A stretch of 64,000 nucleotides of DNA from an uncultured Candidatus Rokubacteria bacterium (GTDB lineage: Bacteria; Methylomirabilota; Methylomirabilia; Rokubacteriales; CSP1-6). Positions 34,938 to 46,245 of this stretch are shown piece after piece. The notes under the pieces were generated by a model. It was not told the DNA's origin. It saw nothing but the letters and a program-made list of their open reading frames with translations, and ran no database searches. Each line of letters starts with the position of its first letter. The stretch's first letter is position 1. A program made the translations under genes and the position numbers. Location: contig CAVVEU010000008.1 of NCBI GenBank assembly GCA_963747235.1, forward strand, positions 416,001 to 480,000, given 5' to 3'.

Positions 34938-36669
34938 TCAGCCGACGCCGCCTGCGCAGCCCGAGCAGGCGGGCGAACAGGGCACCGGCCAGCGAGACGA
35001 ACATGATGATGCAGGCGACGACCACCGCCTCCTCGAACTTGCGCTGGGCGACGTAGTCGAGCTGGAGGATCGAGAGCGGGCGGTTGGCGCTGGTGGTGAG
35101 CAGGGCGAAGTTGCCGATGTTGCGCGCGGCGCCCACGAAGGTGATCATGCCCACCGCGAGCAGGGTCGGGGCCATCAGGCGCAGGACGATGCGGCGATAG
35201 GTCGTCCACCACGAGGCGCCGGCGATCCGCGAGGCCTCCTCGAGCTCGGCGCCGAGCTGCATGAGCCCGCTCTTGATGATCTGCACGCCGAGCGGCATGC
35301 CGGCGATGACGCCGGCGATGATCAGGAGCGCGGTGGTGCCGTAGAGCGGGCGCAGGAACGCCACGCCGAGGAAGAGCCAGAGCAGGGCCAGGCCCAGGAT
35401 GATGCCCGGCACCGTGAAGGGCAGCCAGGAGATGAAGTCGAGCACGCGGCGCCCCGCGTAGCGACGTGCGCACGACGATGTAGGCGATGAGCGAGTGGAC
35501 GAGCGATGGCGGCCACCGCGGTGCCGATCGACGAGCACGAGCGTGTTGTGGAGCGAGCGCAGGAACAGCTCGTCGGCCAGGACGGTCTGCCAGTTGGCGA
35601 GCGTCCACGGCTCCGGCGACGTGGAAGAAGCCGAAGAGCTTCATGAAGGTGCCGAGCAGCGCGAACAGCCACCGGGACCCCGAGCACCACCACGACCAGC
35701 CGCCAGCACGCCGATCGTGACGGGCCCGCGCGCACCGCCCGAGCGGCGTGGACCCGGTTCTGGAACTGGCCGGTGACCGTGGTGTAGCGCCGGCCCCGCG
35801 TCAGCCACTGCTGGGCGAAGACGAGCGGGAGCATGGCGGCCAGGATCACGACCGGCGAGCGCGGTGGCCGCGTCGTAGCGCGGCACGCGGGTGACGAGCA
35901 GGTCGTAGATCGTGGTGCTGAAGACGAAGAAGCGGAAGGGCAGGCCCAGCACCTGCTCCACCTCGAAGGTCTGGAGCGACACCATGGTGCCGAGCAGCAG
36001 CACCGACAGGATGACGGGGGCCATGACCGGCACCGTGATGCGCAGCGCGGTGCGGAGCGTGCCCGCGCCGGCCACCCGCGAGGCCTCCTCGAACGCCGCG
36101 TTCATGTTGCGGAACGCGGGGGTGAGGAGGATCACCTTGACGGTCAGCGAGCCGGTCACGATGTGGACCCAGACGATGCCCCAGAACGAGTAGATGTTGA
36201 ACGGGCCCGCGCCCACGAACGGCAGCGCGGCGATCGAGGTGTTGACCAGGCCGTACTCCGGATCGAGGAGCAGGATCCAGCTCGAGCGTCACGGTGAACG
36301 GCGGCAGGAAGAAGGCGGCCCAGAACGCGAACTCGATCCAGCGAGCGGCCGGGCAGGTCGGTGCGGGCGAGGAGCCAGGCGATGAGCACGGCGAGCGGCA
36401 GCGAGATGAGCTGGCGCGCGAAGGTGACGGTGAGCGTGTTGACGAGGGCGGCGCGGAGGCCGGGCTCGCCGAGCGCGGCCCGCCACCCGTCGAGGCCGTA
36501 GCGGGCCGGCTGGCCCGGCGGCGCGACCTGCAGGCTCTGCAGCGCGACCAGGAGCAGCGGGAACACCACGCAGAGGGCCACCGCGGCGAGCACGAGCGTG
36601 CACAGCACGCCCTGCAGCTCGAGCCGCCGCGGCCGCGGGGCCGGCGAGCGCTTCGCTCAGGCCGGCCAC
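34938..36669 (-). CDS. ABC permease, FbpB/iron-thiamine type with two TM domains (many frameshifts, ends approximate)
   Basis: [10 protein letters not shown], and two EAA loops [10 protein letters not shown] and [10 protein letters not shown]. Confidence 0.85.
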
Positions 36670-37804
36670 ACGCTCACCATCTCCGGCGGGAAGGCGAGCC
36701 GCACCCGCTCGCCCTCGCGCCACTCGCGCGCCCGGGTCAGGAGCAGCACGATGGCGTGCTCGCCGCCGAAGGTGACGCGGGCCTCGTAGCGGTCGCCCAC
36801 GAAGGACAGGGCGTCGATGGTGCCGAGGCAGCGTGGTGCGCGTCGGGAGCACCCGCGTCGTCCGGCGCCACCCGGATGTCCTCGGGGCGGATCGCGATCG
36901 TCGCGGCCGTCGCCCGGCGCGAGCGCGGCCTCCGCCGCGTGGCGGCCGGTGAGCGTGCAGCCGCTCAGCGTTCCGTTCATCGCCACCGTGACGCTGCCGG
37001 CCGCCTGACCGGACGCGGGCGCCGCGACGCGCCCGCGTCAGCACCACGGTCTGGCCCAGGAAGTCGCGCACGAAGGCGGAAGTCGGGTGCTCGTAGAGCG
37101 CGCGCGGCGACCCGACCTGCTCCACGCGCCCGCGGTGCATCACCGCGATGCGGTCGGAGAGGCTCAGCGCCTCGACCTGGTCGTGGGTGACGAACAGCAC
37201 CGTGATGCCGAGCCGGCGCTGCAGCAGCTTCACCTCGACGCGCATCTGCTCGCGCAGCTTGGCGTCCAGGTTGCTGAAGGGCTCGTCGAGCAGCAGGAGA
37301 TCGGGCTCGTAGACCAGCGCCCGGCAGAGGGCCAGGCGCTGCATCTGCCCGCCGCTCAGGAGCGTGCCGGGGCGCGCCTCCATGCCGCCCAGGCCCACCA
37401 GGTCGAGGACGCGCGTCGACCTTCTCCCGCACCGCGGCCTTCGGGAGGCCGCGGAGCTGCAGCGGGTAGGCGACGTTCTCGAACACGGTCATGTGGGGCC
37501 AGACCGCGTAGGACTGGAAGACCATCCCGAGGTTGCGCTGGTTGGGCGCCACGAAGTGCCGCCGGTCCGCGGAGGCCACCACCCGGTCGCGCAGGGTGAT
37601 CTCGCCCGCGTCGGGGCGCTCGAGGCCGGCCACGAGCCGCAGCGTGGTGGTCTTGCCGCAGCCGCTGGGGCCGAGCAGGGTGAAGACCTCGCCGCGCCGG
37701 ATGGACAGGGAGACGGAGTCCACCGCGGCCGCCTCGCTGAACCGCTTGCTGACGCGGTCGAGCGCGAGGACCGTCTCGCCGACGCCGGGCTCCTGCGCGC
37801 CCAC
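36657..37804 (-). CDS. ABC ATP-binding protein, PotA/FbpC type (frameshifts)
   Basis: [45 protein letters not shown]-terminal TOBE-like region. Confidence 0.92.
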
Positions 37805-37808
37805 TCCC

Positions 37809-38911
37809 CTACTTGATGACCGCCTTGGCGATGTCCTGCGTCTTGACGACCTCGGCCAGGTTCTCCTCGGCGTCCACCTGCAGCAGCTTGGCGTTGCGGG
37901 GGACCGTGATCTGCGGATTGCCCGGCTCCACGCCGATCCGCCGGCTGTTCGTCTCGACCTCGCGGGCCCACACGATCTGGGCGTCCTTGGTGAGCAGCCA
38001 GTTGATGAAGACCTTGGCCGCGGCGGGATGCGGCGCCCGGTTGACCAGCCAGACGACGCTGCTGCTGGAGTTGACGGTGTCCATCTCGGGGAAGTGGAAG
38101 GTCTTGAGGTTCTTGCCGAGCCCCTGCTTCTGGAACTGGCCCAGCAGCAGCGGGTTGACCCCGAGCGCGATCGGGTAGCGGCCGCGCACCATGAACTCGG
38201 CGATCTGCCGGGTGTCGCGGCTCAGCGCCGGCTCCTGGTCCACGAAGAGCTTCTTGATGATGTCGTCGCCCAGGTTGAGGCGGGCGCTCGTCATGGACCA
38301 GAACGAATCGCCCATCGTGCGCACGTCGGGCAGGAGCAGCTTGCCCTTCCACCGGGGATTCAGCAGGTCGGTGAGGCCCTTGATCTCGTCCTTCACCAGG
38401 TCGGTGTTGATCGTGATGCCCGCGCCGCGCACCGCGCAGAAGCCGTAGGCGAGCGCGCGATCCTTCACCGCCGCGAAGCCGCGCTCGAAGCCACCCTCCC
38501 AGCCCGCGTCGTCCAGCGCCTCGGGCAGCACGATGGCCGGGCGCACCGGATCCCACACGCCGGCCGGGCGCAGCACCTGGAGCGCGGTGCTGGTCGGGAT
38601 CATGGCCACGTCCCAGGTGAAGAGGCTCGCCTGGCGCTCCTGGATGATGCGCGGGGCGAAATCCTGCGAGTGCAGGCTGGTGTGCTCGAGCTTGATGTCG
38701 GGATAGGCCTGGGTGAAGGCCTTGAGCGCGCGCTTGTAGCCGTCGCCGGGGAAGGTGTTGACGACGACCTTGCCCTCCTTCTTCGCCGCGGCCACGGCCT
38801 GCTGCCATTCCGGTGGCGTCGACGGCCGCGCGGGCCGGCGTCGCGCGCGTGAGCGCGGCCGCGCCGCCGCAGGGCCAGGGTCCGGAGCAGCCGTCGCCGG
38901 CTGATCGTCAT
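37809..38911 (-). CDS. ABC substrate-binding protein (Fe/thiamine-type), Tat-like leader (frameshifts in leader)
   Basis: MTISRRRLL, EWQQAVAAAKKEGKVV, DLLNPRWKGK, APHPAAAKVFINWLL. Confidence 0.88.
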
Positions 38912-40216
38912 CGGCCGGCCCTCCGCGCTCCTGCCCCCGCCGTGCTCCTGGAGGTAGCGGACCGAGACCCGCTCGAGCGGCACCGCGTCCGGCGAGAGGC
39001 CGTCCGGGTTCTTGTACTCGAACGGGGCGTCGCGGCCGCCGAACTGCTTGGTCACCACCAGCCGGCGCCACTGGATCACCTCGGCGTCGGTGGCCGAGAG
39101 CTTCTCCGGGCTGTCGTAGCGCTGGTTGATCATCACCCGCTCGTCCTGGCGCGAGAAGTTGTACTCGATGATCCACCGGTGGATCGCGGCGTAGGCCAGC
39201 CGCTCCACGATCCGGCCGAGCGCGCTCTTGGGGCGCAGGCAGTGGTAGTACCACACGCGCGTGAGGTGCTCCTCGACCGGCACGCACATGCGGGTGTAGA
39301 GATCCCAGCCGAACTCGGCGCGGAACATGCCGGGCAGGTGATGGCCGCCGCACCAGCGGGCGGACCGCGGCGGCGGAATGTGGCGGCGCGCGCGCTCGGC
39401 GAGCGGCCGGGTCAGCCAGGTCCAGAGGCGCCGGTACGTCGTCTTCGGCCACTTCCGGCCGTCGGCATACATGTCCTGGAGCGGGTTCTGCCGCATGTAG
39501 TTGCTCTCGGCCACGTCGCCGCCGAAGCCGTTGCCCACGAAGATGGGGTGCTCGCCCTGGGCGCCGCGCGCGATGAAGCCGCTGCGGGCGACCACCACCG
39601 CGTTGCGGTGCACGTAGTTGACGTGGGAGTCCATCGAGTTCTCGAGCGCGACCTCCCAGTTGCACCGCCAGTGCACCTGGCCGATGAGGATGAGGGTCTC
39701 CTCGTCGAAGAACTCCTCGGGCACGTCCTCCTCGATGGGGGCGGGCGGGCCCTCGCCGATCCACACGAAGACGAGGCCCTTGAGGGTGCGGGTCGGATAG
39801 GCCTTCGCCTCGGTGCCGGCCTTGCCGCACACGCCCGAATTGGGGCCCTCCGAGAGCACCATCACGTTCTTGCCCGACTCGTCGTAGACCCAGCCGTGGT
39901 ACGGGCAGGCCACCGTCCCGCGATAGTGGCAGTCGCCCTCGCTCAGGCGCGCGCCGCGATGCGGGCAGATGTCCTGGATGGCGGCCACCTCGCCGGCGGC
40001 GCCGCGGAACAGGCAGATCTCCTCGCCGAGCAGGGAGACCTTCACCGGCTTCCGATGCCCGACGGTGCGGTCCTCGATGGCCGGGTACCAGTAGTTGCGC
40101 AGGCCGAGCTTCGGGATCAGGTGGCGGATGTCGCCGCTGAGCCGGGGGACGCCGTTGGTCGGGGCCGCGTCGGCGACGTGGAGACGGGACGTGGGTTGCG
40201 AAGTAGGTGTCGGCAC
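38908..40216 (-). CDS. Rieske non-heme iron oxygenase alpha subunit (end inferred)
   Basis: LRNYWYPA, Rieske CPHRGA...CPYHGW, mononuclear iron site NWEVALENSMDSHVNYVH, distal QD. Confidence 0.9.
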
Positions 40217-40226
40217 GCCGACCTCC

Positions 40227-41284
40227 TCAGGGCATGAACGTGGCGAAGCACTTGTTCGAGTTGAAGGACCAGGTCTCGATGAAGTCGCACTCGTCCGGCT
40301 TGCGCCCCAGGGCCTCCATGGCGCCGACCAGCATGTACCAGTTGAGCATCTCCTGCTGGCCCGACGTCTCGATGGCCTCGAGCGGCGTCTTGCGCCATGT
40401 TTCGTAGTCGCCCACGGCGCAGCGCCTCGTAGAGCCGCCGGTCCGACTCGATGTCCGGATAGAGCTGGTGGTGCTTGTCGGTGAGGAAGGCGTGCGACCA
40501 GCTCGACGAGGCGATGAGGGCGGTGCGCCAGGGGCTGTCGCGCATGACCCGCGCGGTCGCGGCGCCCACCTCCATGCAGCGCCGCGGCGACGGCGACGGC
40601 GGATCCAGGTCCGCCTCGGCGAGCGGGTTGGCGAGGCTGGCGCGCCCGCCGCGCTGGGCGATGACCCGGCGGCCGTAGCAGTTGACCTGGAACGCGACGA
40701 CCGGGTACGGGAAGCCGACGCGATCGTAGTCGAGGAACATGATCGTGTTCAGGAACGCGTGCGCGAGGCCCGGGTAGTGCAGGGGCTTGTAGGCGTAGGC
40801 CATGTCCACGCCCTGCTCGAGGAGCCCGGTCGCCAGGTACTTGCCGGCCTGGCGGTGCCCCGCGATGCGGAACGTGGTGTCGGCGGGCTCGTTCCAGACG
40901 TTCGGCGCCGACGCCGGAGCGCTGCCACGGGCGCGCCTCGATCTGATCATAGGCCAGCACGCAGAAGGGCGGGATCACGTCCTCGGTGAAGTTCTCGTGC
41001 TGGTCGTCGCCCCAGACGATCACCACGTCCGGGCGGAAGTCGTCGAGGATGCGCCGGGCCTTCCGGAAGTGCTCGACCAGCGCCTCGCGGTGGCCGGCCG
41101 CGCTCGCGGTGCCGCCGTCGGCGCCGTATTCCTCGCGCATCGCGGCCGGCCAGCTCGCGGGATCGCGGTAGCGCGCCGGGAGGCCGGGGTCCTGCTGGAC
41201 CCGGCGCAGGATCGCGGCCATGTTCTCGTCCAGGCCGGTGAGCGGCGGGTAATGCGTCATGCCCAGCCCGAGAATCTCGCCCAT
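40227..41284 (-). CDS. Class III extradiol ring-cleavage dioxygenase (LigB-like), frameshifts
   Basis: GLGMTHYPP, PDVVIVWGDDQHENF, LAHAF, IASSSWSH, QEMLNW. Confidence 0.85.
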
Positions 41285-41308
41285 GAGAGAGCTCCTCCGC
41301 GTCGGGGT

Positions 41309-41353
41309 GCAAGCGCTTGCGCAACCCTAGTCCGCCCGCCCGGGGCTTGTCAA
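41309..41353 (-). promoter_or_regulatory. Promoter TTGACA-N18-TAGGGT followed by LacI-type operator GCAAGCGCTTGC
   Basis: -35 at 41353-41348 and -10 at 41329-41324. Perfect 12-bp palindrome 41309-41320 with the central CG typical of LacI sites. Divergent LacI gene adjacent. Confidence 0.7.
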
Positions 41354-41378
41354 GGCGCGCTATACTCGGCGGCGTCCC

Positions 41379-42437
41379 ATGGCACGATCCAAGCCTCCGA
41401 GCGGCCGGCGGCAGTCCAGGCGACGCGGCGCGACCCCGGTCACGCTGCGCGACGTGGCCCGGGCGGTCCGGGTCGCCGCCTCCACGGTGTCCCGCGCCCT
41501 GGCCGGCGACGCGCGCATCTCGCCGGCCACCCGGCGCGAGGTCGAGCGGGCCGCCCGCCGCCTGGGCTACGCGCCCAATGCGCTGGCGCGCGGGCTGGCC
41601 GGGGGCGGGGCCGACGTCCTCGCGGTCGTGGTCCCGCGGACCGCGGAGTACACGTTCACGAGTCCGTTCCACCTGGCCGCGCTCAAGGGCGTGAGCCGGG
41701 TGCTCCAGGAGTCGGGCCACCTCCTGCTGCTGTCGTTTCTCGAGGATCGGGATTACGTGGCCCTGCACCGCAGCGGTCTCTGCCGCGGGGTGATCGTGCT
41801 GATGTCGCGCACCGGGGATCGGCGGATCGCGGCGCTGGCCCGGCACCGCGTGCCCACCGTGCTGATCCCGGGCGATGCCTCGCTGCCGAGCGTCACGTCG
41901 CTCACCTTCGACGTCGCGGGGAGTACCGCCGCGGCCACCCGGCACCTCCTGGCGCTCGGCCATCGCCGGATCGGATTCGTCGGGGGCGTGCCGAGCTCGC
42001 TCCTGCATCGCGACCGGCTCGCCGCCTTCCGGCAGGCCCTGGTCGCGGGCGGGGTGCCGGTGGATCCCGCGCTCGAGGCGGAGACCAACTTCACGGCCGC
42101 CGAGGCCTATGACCGAGCGCTCGATCTGCTCCGGCGGCCGGAGCGCCCGACCGCGCTCCTCTGCAGCAACGACGTGATGACCGACGCCGCCCTGGCCGCC
42201 GCGCAGCACCTGGGCCTGAGCGTGCCGGGCGATCTCTCGCTGGTGAGCCTGGCCGGACTGCCCGGCCCGCGGCCCGGCGCGCCGGCCATGGCCCGGGTGA
42301 TCCTCGACTTCGAGCAGGCCGGCGCCACTGCGGCCACGCTCCTGCTGAAGCTCGTCGCGGACCCCACCGCGCCGGCGGAGGCGGTGCTGCTGCCGGCGGA
42401 GTTCGACCCGCGCGGGTCCATCGCCCGGCCGGGCTGA
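41379..42437 (+). CDS. LacI family transcriptional regulator
   Basis: TLRDVARAVRVAASTVSRAL, LGYAPNALARGL, HLLALGHRRIG, PTALLCSND. Confidence 0.95.
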   Translation: MARSKPPSGRRQSRRRGATPVTLRDVARAVRVAASTVSRALAGDARISPATRREVERAARRLGYAPNALARGLAGGGADVLAVVVPRTAEYTFTSPFHLAALKGVSRVLQESGHLLLLSFLEDRDYVALHRSGLCRGVIVLMSRTGDRRIAALARHRVPTVLIPGDASLPSVTSLTFDVAGSTAAATRHLLALGHRRIGFVGGVPSSLLHRDRLAAFRQALVAGGVPVDPALEAETNFTAAEAYDRALDLLRRPERPTALLCSNDVMTDAALAAAQHLGLSVPGDLSLVSLAGLPGPRPGAPAMARVILDFEQAGATAATLLLKLVADPTAPAEAVLLPAEFDPRGSIARPG

Positions 42438-42440
42438 GCG

Positions 42441-43208
42441 CTACTGCCCGCCGGTCACGTCGATGGTGACGCCGGTGACGAAGTCGGCGTCGGACGAGGC
42501 CAGGAAGCAGATGACCCGCGCCTGGTCCTCCGGCGTGGCCACCCGCCCGAGCGGGGTGCGCTTGATCTCGGCCGCCTGCCCCTCCGGCGTCCGGCGCTCC
42601 CAGTGCGGCCGGATGCGCTCGGAGAGCGTGAGGCTCGGCGCGATCGCGTTGACCGTGACGCCGTGGGGGCCCAGCTCGAAGGCCAGCTTGCGGGTGAGCG
42701 CGATGATGCCGCCCTTGGCGGTGGCGTAGGCGCTCGAGCTCTCGCGGCTCAGGCCGCGCCCGGCGATGGATGCCAGGTTGACGATCTTGCCGCTCCGCTG
42801 CCGCTTCATCACCGGGATCACCGCGTGGGAGAAGAGGAAGGTCCCGGTCAGGTTGAAGTGGATCAGCTTCTGCCACTCCTCGAGCGTGAGCTCGTCCAGC
42901 AGGGCGGCGGGGCGGCTGACGACGGTGCTGCCGCCCACGCCGTTGACCAGGATGTCGATGCGCCCGTAGGCCTCGACGGCCTGCCGGACCGCGCCCTCCA
43001 CGGCCGCCGCGTCGAGGGCGTCGGCGCGCACCGCGAGGGCGCGGCCGCCCGCGGCCACGACGTCGGTGGTCAGCCGCTCGAGCACGGTCGGCTCCAGGTC
43101 CACGCCCACCACGGTGCCGCCTTCGCGCGCGATGATCATCGCGGTCGCGCGGCCGATGCCGGCTCCCGCCGCCGAGATCAGCGCCACCTTGCCCTGGAAT
43201 CGCGTCAT
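42441..43208 (-). CDS. SDR family oxidoreductase
   Basis: SAAGAGIG, YATAKGG, NAIAP, VTGVTIDVTGG. Confidence 0.92.
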   Translation of the reverse strand: MTRFQGKVALISAAGAGIGRATAMIIAREGGTVVGVDLEPTVLERLTTDVVAAGGRALAVRADALDAAAVEGAVRQAVEAYGRIDILVNGVGGSTVVSRPAALLDELTLEEWQKLIHFNLTGTFLFSHAVIPVMKRQRSGKIVNLASIAGRGLSRESSSAYATAKGGIIALTRKLAFELGPHGVTVNAIAPSLTLSERIRPHWERRTPEGQAAEIKRTPLGRVATPEDQARVICFLASSDADFVTGVTIDVTGGQ

Positions 43209-43252
43209 GGCTCTCTCCTCCGAGCGGGACTATACCCCGAAGCCGGTTTAGA

Positions 43253-43441
43253 ATGGCGCCCGTGACCTACGACTGCGCGTTCTGCGGGGAAGAGAACGAC
43301 GTGTTCGCCGATGACAGCGGCGGGCGGCACCAGACGTTCACCGAGGACTGCACGGTCTGCTGCCGGCCGAATCTCATCACGCTCCAGTGGGACGACGACG
43401 GTGAGGTGCAGATCGAGGTCGTCCAGGAGTACGAAGCCTAG
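43253..43441 (+). CDS. CPXCG-motif cysteine-rich small protein
   Basis: CAFCGEEN...QTFTEDCTVCCRPN. Confidence 0.85.
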   Translation: MAPVTYDCAFCGEENDVFADDSGGRHQTFTEDCTVCCRPNLITLQWDDDGEVQIEVVQEYEA

Positions 43442-43909
43442 AGCCGGCGCGCCCCCACCCAGCGCGTGCGGAACCAGTCGTCCGTCGAGCCGCGCGATCT
43501 TGACCCCGCCCGGCTTGGTCGAGTGGACGAAGCGCCCGTCGCCCAGGTAGATGCCGTTGTGGCGGAGCTGGTTGAAGAACACGATGTCGCCCGGGATCAG
43601 GCGATCGCGGTCCACCGGGACGCCGAGGCGGAACTGCTGCGCGGCATTGTGGGGGATCGCGACGCCGACCTGGCTGAAGGCATACATGACGAGGCCGGAG
43701 CAGTCGAACCCGGACGGGCTCGAGCCGGCCCACACGTAGGGCGCGCCCAGGTAGCGCGTCGCCAGGCGCGCGGCGGTCGCGTTGCGGGAGCGGCGACTGC
43801 TCGGACGGGCCCGCCGTGACGGGAGGTCCGGCGACAGCACCTGTTTCGCGCAGCCGGCGACCGTGAGGAGCAGCAGCAATGGCAGGACCGCGGAAGGCCG
43901 CGCACTCAT
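43438..43909 (-). CDS. NlpC/P60 (C40) lipoprotein peptidase (frameshift near 43485)
   Basis: Lipobox VAGC, YLGAPYVWAG...FDCSGLV, PGDIVFF, HNGIYLG, FVHS, ending WVGARRL*. Confidence 0.88.
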
Positions 43910-43985
43910 CGCGAATCACGGTAACATGAGCCGCCCGCGGGACGCTCCGCCTGCGATGCGGGAAGCCCGAAGGCAAAGGGAAAGC

Positions 43986-44192
43986 ATGCTCCGGCGTCGG
44001 TCCGCTGCGCTGTGCGTCCTCGTGGCGATGGCGCTGACTTCCTGCGCCACGGGGCCACCGATCCCGCCCGCCTATACCCAGGAAGAGCTGGCCGAGCGGT
44101 GCGTCCGCACCGGGGGATGGTGGCACGGGGTCGCGCCGGATTCCCTGTTCAGCGGGTTCTGCGAGTATTCCTCTCCCGGCATTCTCCGCTGA
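43986..44192 (+). CDS. Small hypothetical lipoprotein
   Basis: Lipobox LTSC, then YTQEELAERCVRTGGWW...FCEY. Confidence 0.6.
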   Translation: MLRRRSAALCVLVAMALTSCATGPPIPPAYTQEELAERCVRTGGWWHGVAPDSLFSGFCEYSSPGILR

Positions 44193-44220
44193 TCCGGCAT
44201 CGGGTATACTCCGCGCACCC

Positions 44221-46242
44221 GTGGCTCTCCGGATCGGCATCGACATCGGCGGCACCTTCACGGACCTGGTCGCGCTGGACGAGGCGACCGGGGCGGTGGT
44301 GGACACGAAGGCCCTGTCGACCCCGCACGACCTGCTCGAGGGCATCCTGCGCTGCGTGGACCAGGCGGGCACGCGCCTGGCCGACTGCCGTCTCGTCATC
44401 CACGGCACCACCATCGGGATCAACGCCCTGCTCGAGCGCAAGGGCGCGCTGACCGGGCTCATCACCACCGAGGGGTTCCGGGACGTGCTCGAGATCGGGC
44501 GCGGCAACTTCCTGCGGATGTACGACGTCCTGTACCGCCGGCCCGCCTCCCTGGTTCCCCGCGGCCGCCGCCTCGAGGTGAGCGAGCGCGTGACCTCGCG
44601 AGGCGAGGTGCTGACGCCGCTGGACGAGGCGGCGGTGCGCGTGGCGGCCCGGCGGCTCGGCGACGAGGGAGTGGAGTCGGTCGCGATCTCGTTCCTGTTC
44701 TCGTTCCGCAACCCGGAGCACGAGCGGCGCGCGGCCGAGCTGGTCGCGGAAGTCCTGCCGCGGGCCTCGGTGTCGGTCTCGCACCGGATCACCCAGGAGT
44801 GGCGCGAGTACGAGCGCACCAGCACCACGGTGGTGAATGCCTACATCCGGCCCATCATGGATCGCTACCTGGGCGCCTTCGAGCGGGGGCTGGCCGGGCG
44901 CGGCTTCGGGGGCCAGCTCCTGATCACCCAGTCGAACGGCGGCGCCTTCTCGGTGGCGGCGGCCGCCTCCAAGCCGGTGCACACGATCGAGTCGGGGCCC
45001 GCGGCGGGGGCCATCGGCTGCGCGAGCCTCGCGCAGGCGCTCGGCGCGGACCGGCTCATCTCCTTCGACATGGGCGGGACCACCGCCAAGTGCGCCATCG
45101 TCGCGGGCGGGCTCGTGCAGACCACCGACGAGTACCACGTGGACGGCCATCCGCTCCGCATCCCGGTCATCGACATCACCGAGGTGAGCGCGGGGGGCGG
45201 CACCATCGCCTGGGTCGACGCGGGCGGCGCGCTCGCCCTGGGCCCGCAGAGCGCGGGCGCCGAGCCGGGCCCGGTCTGCTACGGGCGCGGCGGCCTCGAG
45301 CCCACCGTCACGGACGCGAACCTGGTGCTGGGGCGCATCGCGGCCGGCCGCTTCCTCGGCGGCACCATGCCGCTCGACCACGCGGCGGCGTCGCGGGCCA
45401 TCGAGGAGCGCCTCGGGCTGCCGCTCGGCCTCGCGCGCGACAACGCGGCGGCCGGCGTCGTGCGGCTGGCCGACGTGAAGATGGCGCTGGCGGTGCGCAG
45501 CATCACCACCGAGCGCGGCCTGGACCCGCGGGACTACACGCTGGTGGCCTACGGCGGCGGCGGCCCGCTCCACGCGGTGGCGATCGCGCGCGAGCTCGGG
45601 ATCCCGCGGGTCATCATCCCGCCGGCGCCCTCCACGTTCTCGGCGTGGGGCATGCTCGCCACCGACCTCCGGCACGACCTGGTGCGCACCGTGCTGGAGC
45701 CGCTCGAGCGGACCGACGGCGCGTGGGCCGAGGCGCGGTACCGGGAGATGGAGCGCGAGATCGAGTCCATCCTGCCGCCGGTCGGCGCGGCGACCCGGCA
45801 CCGGGCGGCGGACCTACGCTACCTGGGCCAGGAGCACACGGTGACGGTGGAGGTGGGGAGCCTCGCCGACTGGGCGTCGCTCCGCGGCCGCTTCGACGCG
45901 GCGCACCAGCGCGCCTACGGCTACGCGGCGGCCGACGTGGAGGTGCAGCTCCTGAACCTGCGCCTGGCCGTCGTGTACCCCCTCGAGCGGGCGCCGCTGC
46001 CGACGCTCGAGCGCGGGACGGGGCGGGCGCCCGCCTTCGAGACGCGCAAGATCTACTCCACGCTGCTCCGCGACGTGCTCGAGTACCGCGTGTTCCCGCG
46101 GGAGCGGCTGCGGGCCGGTGACGTCGTGGAGGGTCCGGCCGCGATCGAGGAGGCGGGCACCACCACGATGCTGGAGCCGGGCGACCGCCTCCAGGTCGAG
46201 GACAACGCGTGCCTCGTGATCGACGTGGTGAAGGGAGGCTGA
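44221..46242 (+). CDS. Hydantoinase/oxoprolinase subunit A
   Basis: GIDIGGTFTD, HGTT, EYERTSTT, ESGPAAG, DMGGTT, SAGAEPGP, YGGGGPLH. Confidence 0.96.
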   Translation: MALRIGIDIGGTFTDLVALDEATGAVVDTKALSTPHDLLEGILRCVDQAGTRLADCRLVIHGTTIGINALLERKGALTGLITTEGFRDVLEIGRGNFLRMYDVLYRRPASLVPRGRRLEVSERVTSRGEVLTPLDEAAVRVAARRLGDEGVESVAISFLFSFRNPEHERRAAELVAEVLPRASVSVSHRITQEWREYERTSTTVVNAYIRPIMDRYLGAFERGLAGRGFGGQLLITQSNGGAFSVAAAASKPVHTIESGPAAGAIGCASLAQALGADRLISFDMGGTTAKCAIVAGGLVQTTDEYHVDGHPLRIPVIDITEVSAGGGTIAWVDAGGALALGPQSAGAEPGPVCYGRGGLEPTVTDANLVLGRIAAGRFLGGTMPLDHAAASRAIEERLGLPLGLARDNAAAGVVRLADVKMALAVRSITTERGLDPRDYTLVAYGGGGPLHAVAIARELGIPRVIIPPAPSTFSAWGMLATDLRHDLVRTVLEPLERTDGAWAEARYREMEREIESILPPVGAATRHRAADLRYLGQEHTVTVEVGSLADWASLRGRFDAAHQRAYGYAAADVEVQLLNLRLAVVYPLERAPLPTLERGTGRAPAFETRKIYSTLLRDVLEYRVFPRERLRAGDVVEGPAAIEEAGTTTMLEPGDRLQVEDNACLVIDVVKGG

Positions 46243-46245
46243 GCC

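Noticed and set aside
38600-41284. 894-aa ORF as a LigB-Rieske fusion
   Set aside because: Produced by frameshifts. The LigB-like gene has its own stop at 40227 and the Rieske gene its own GAGGAGG RBS.
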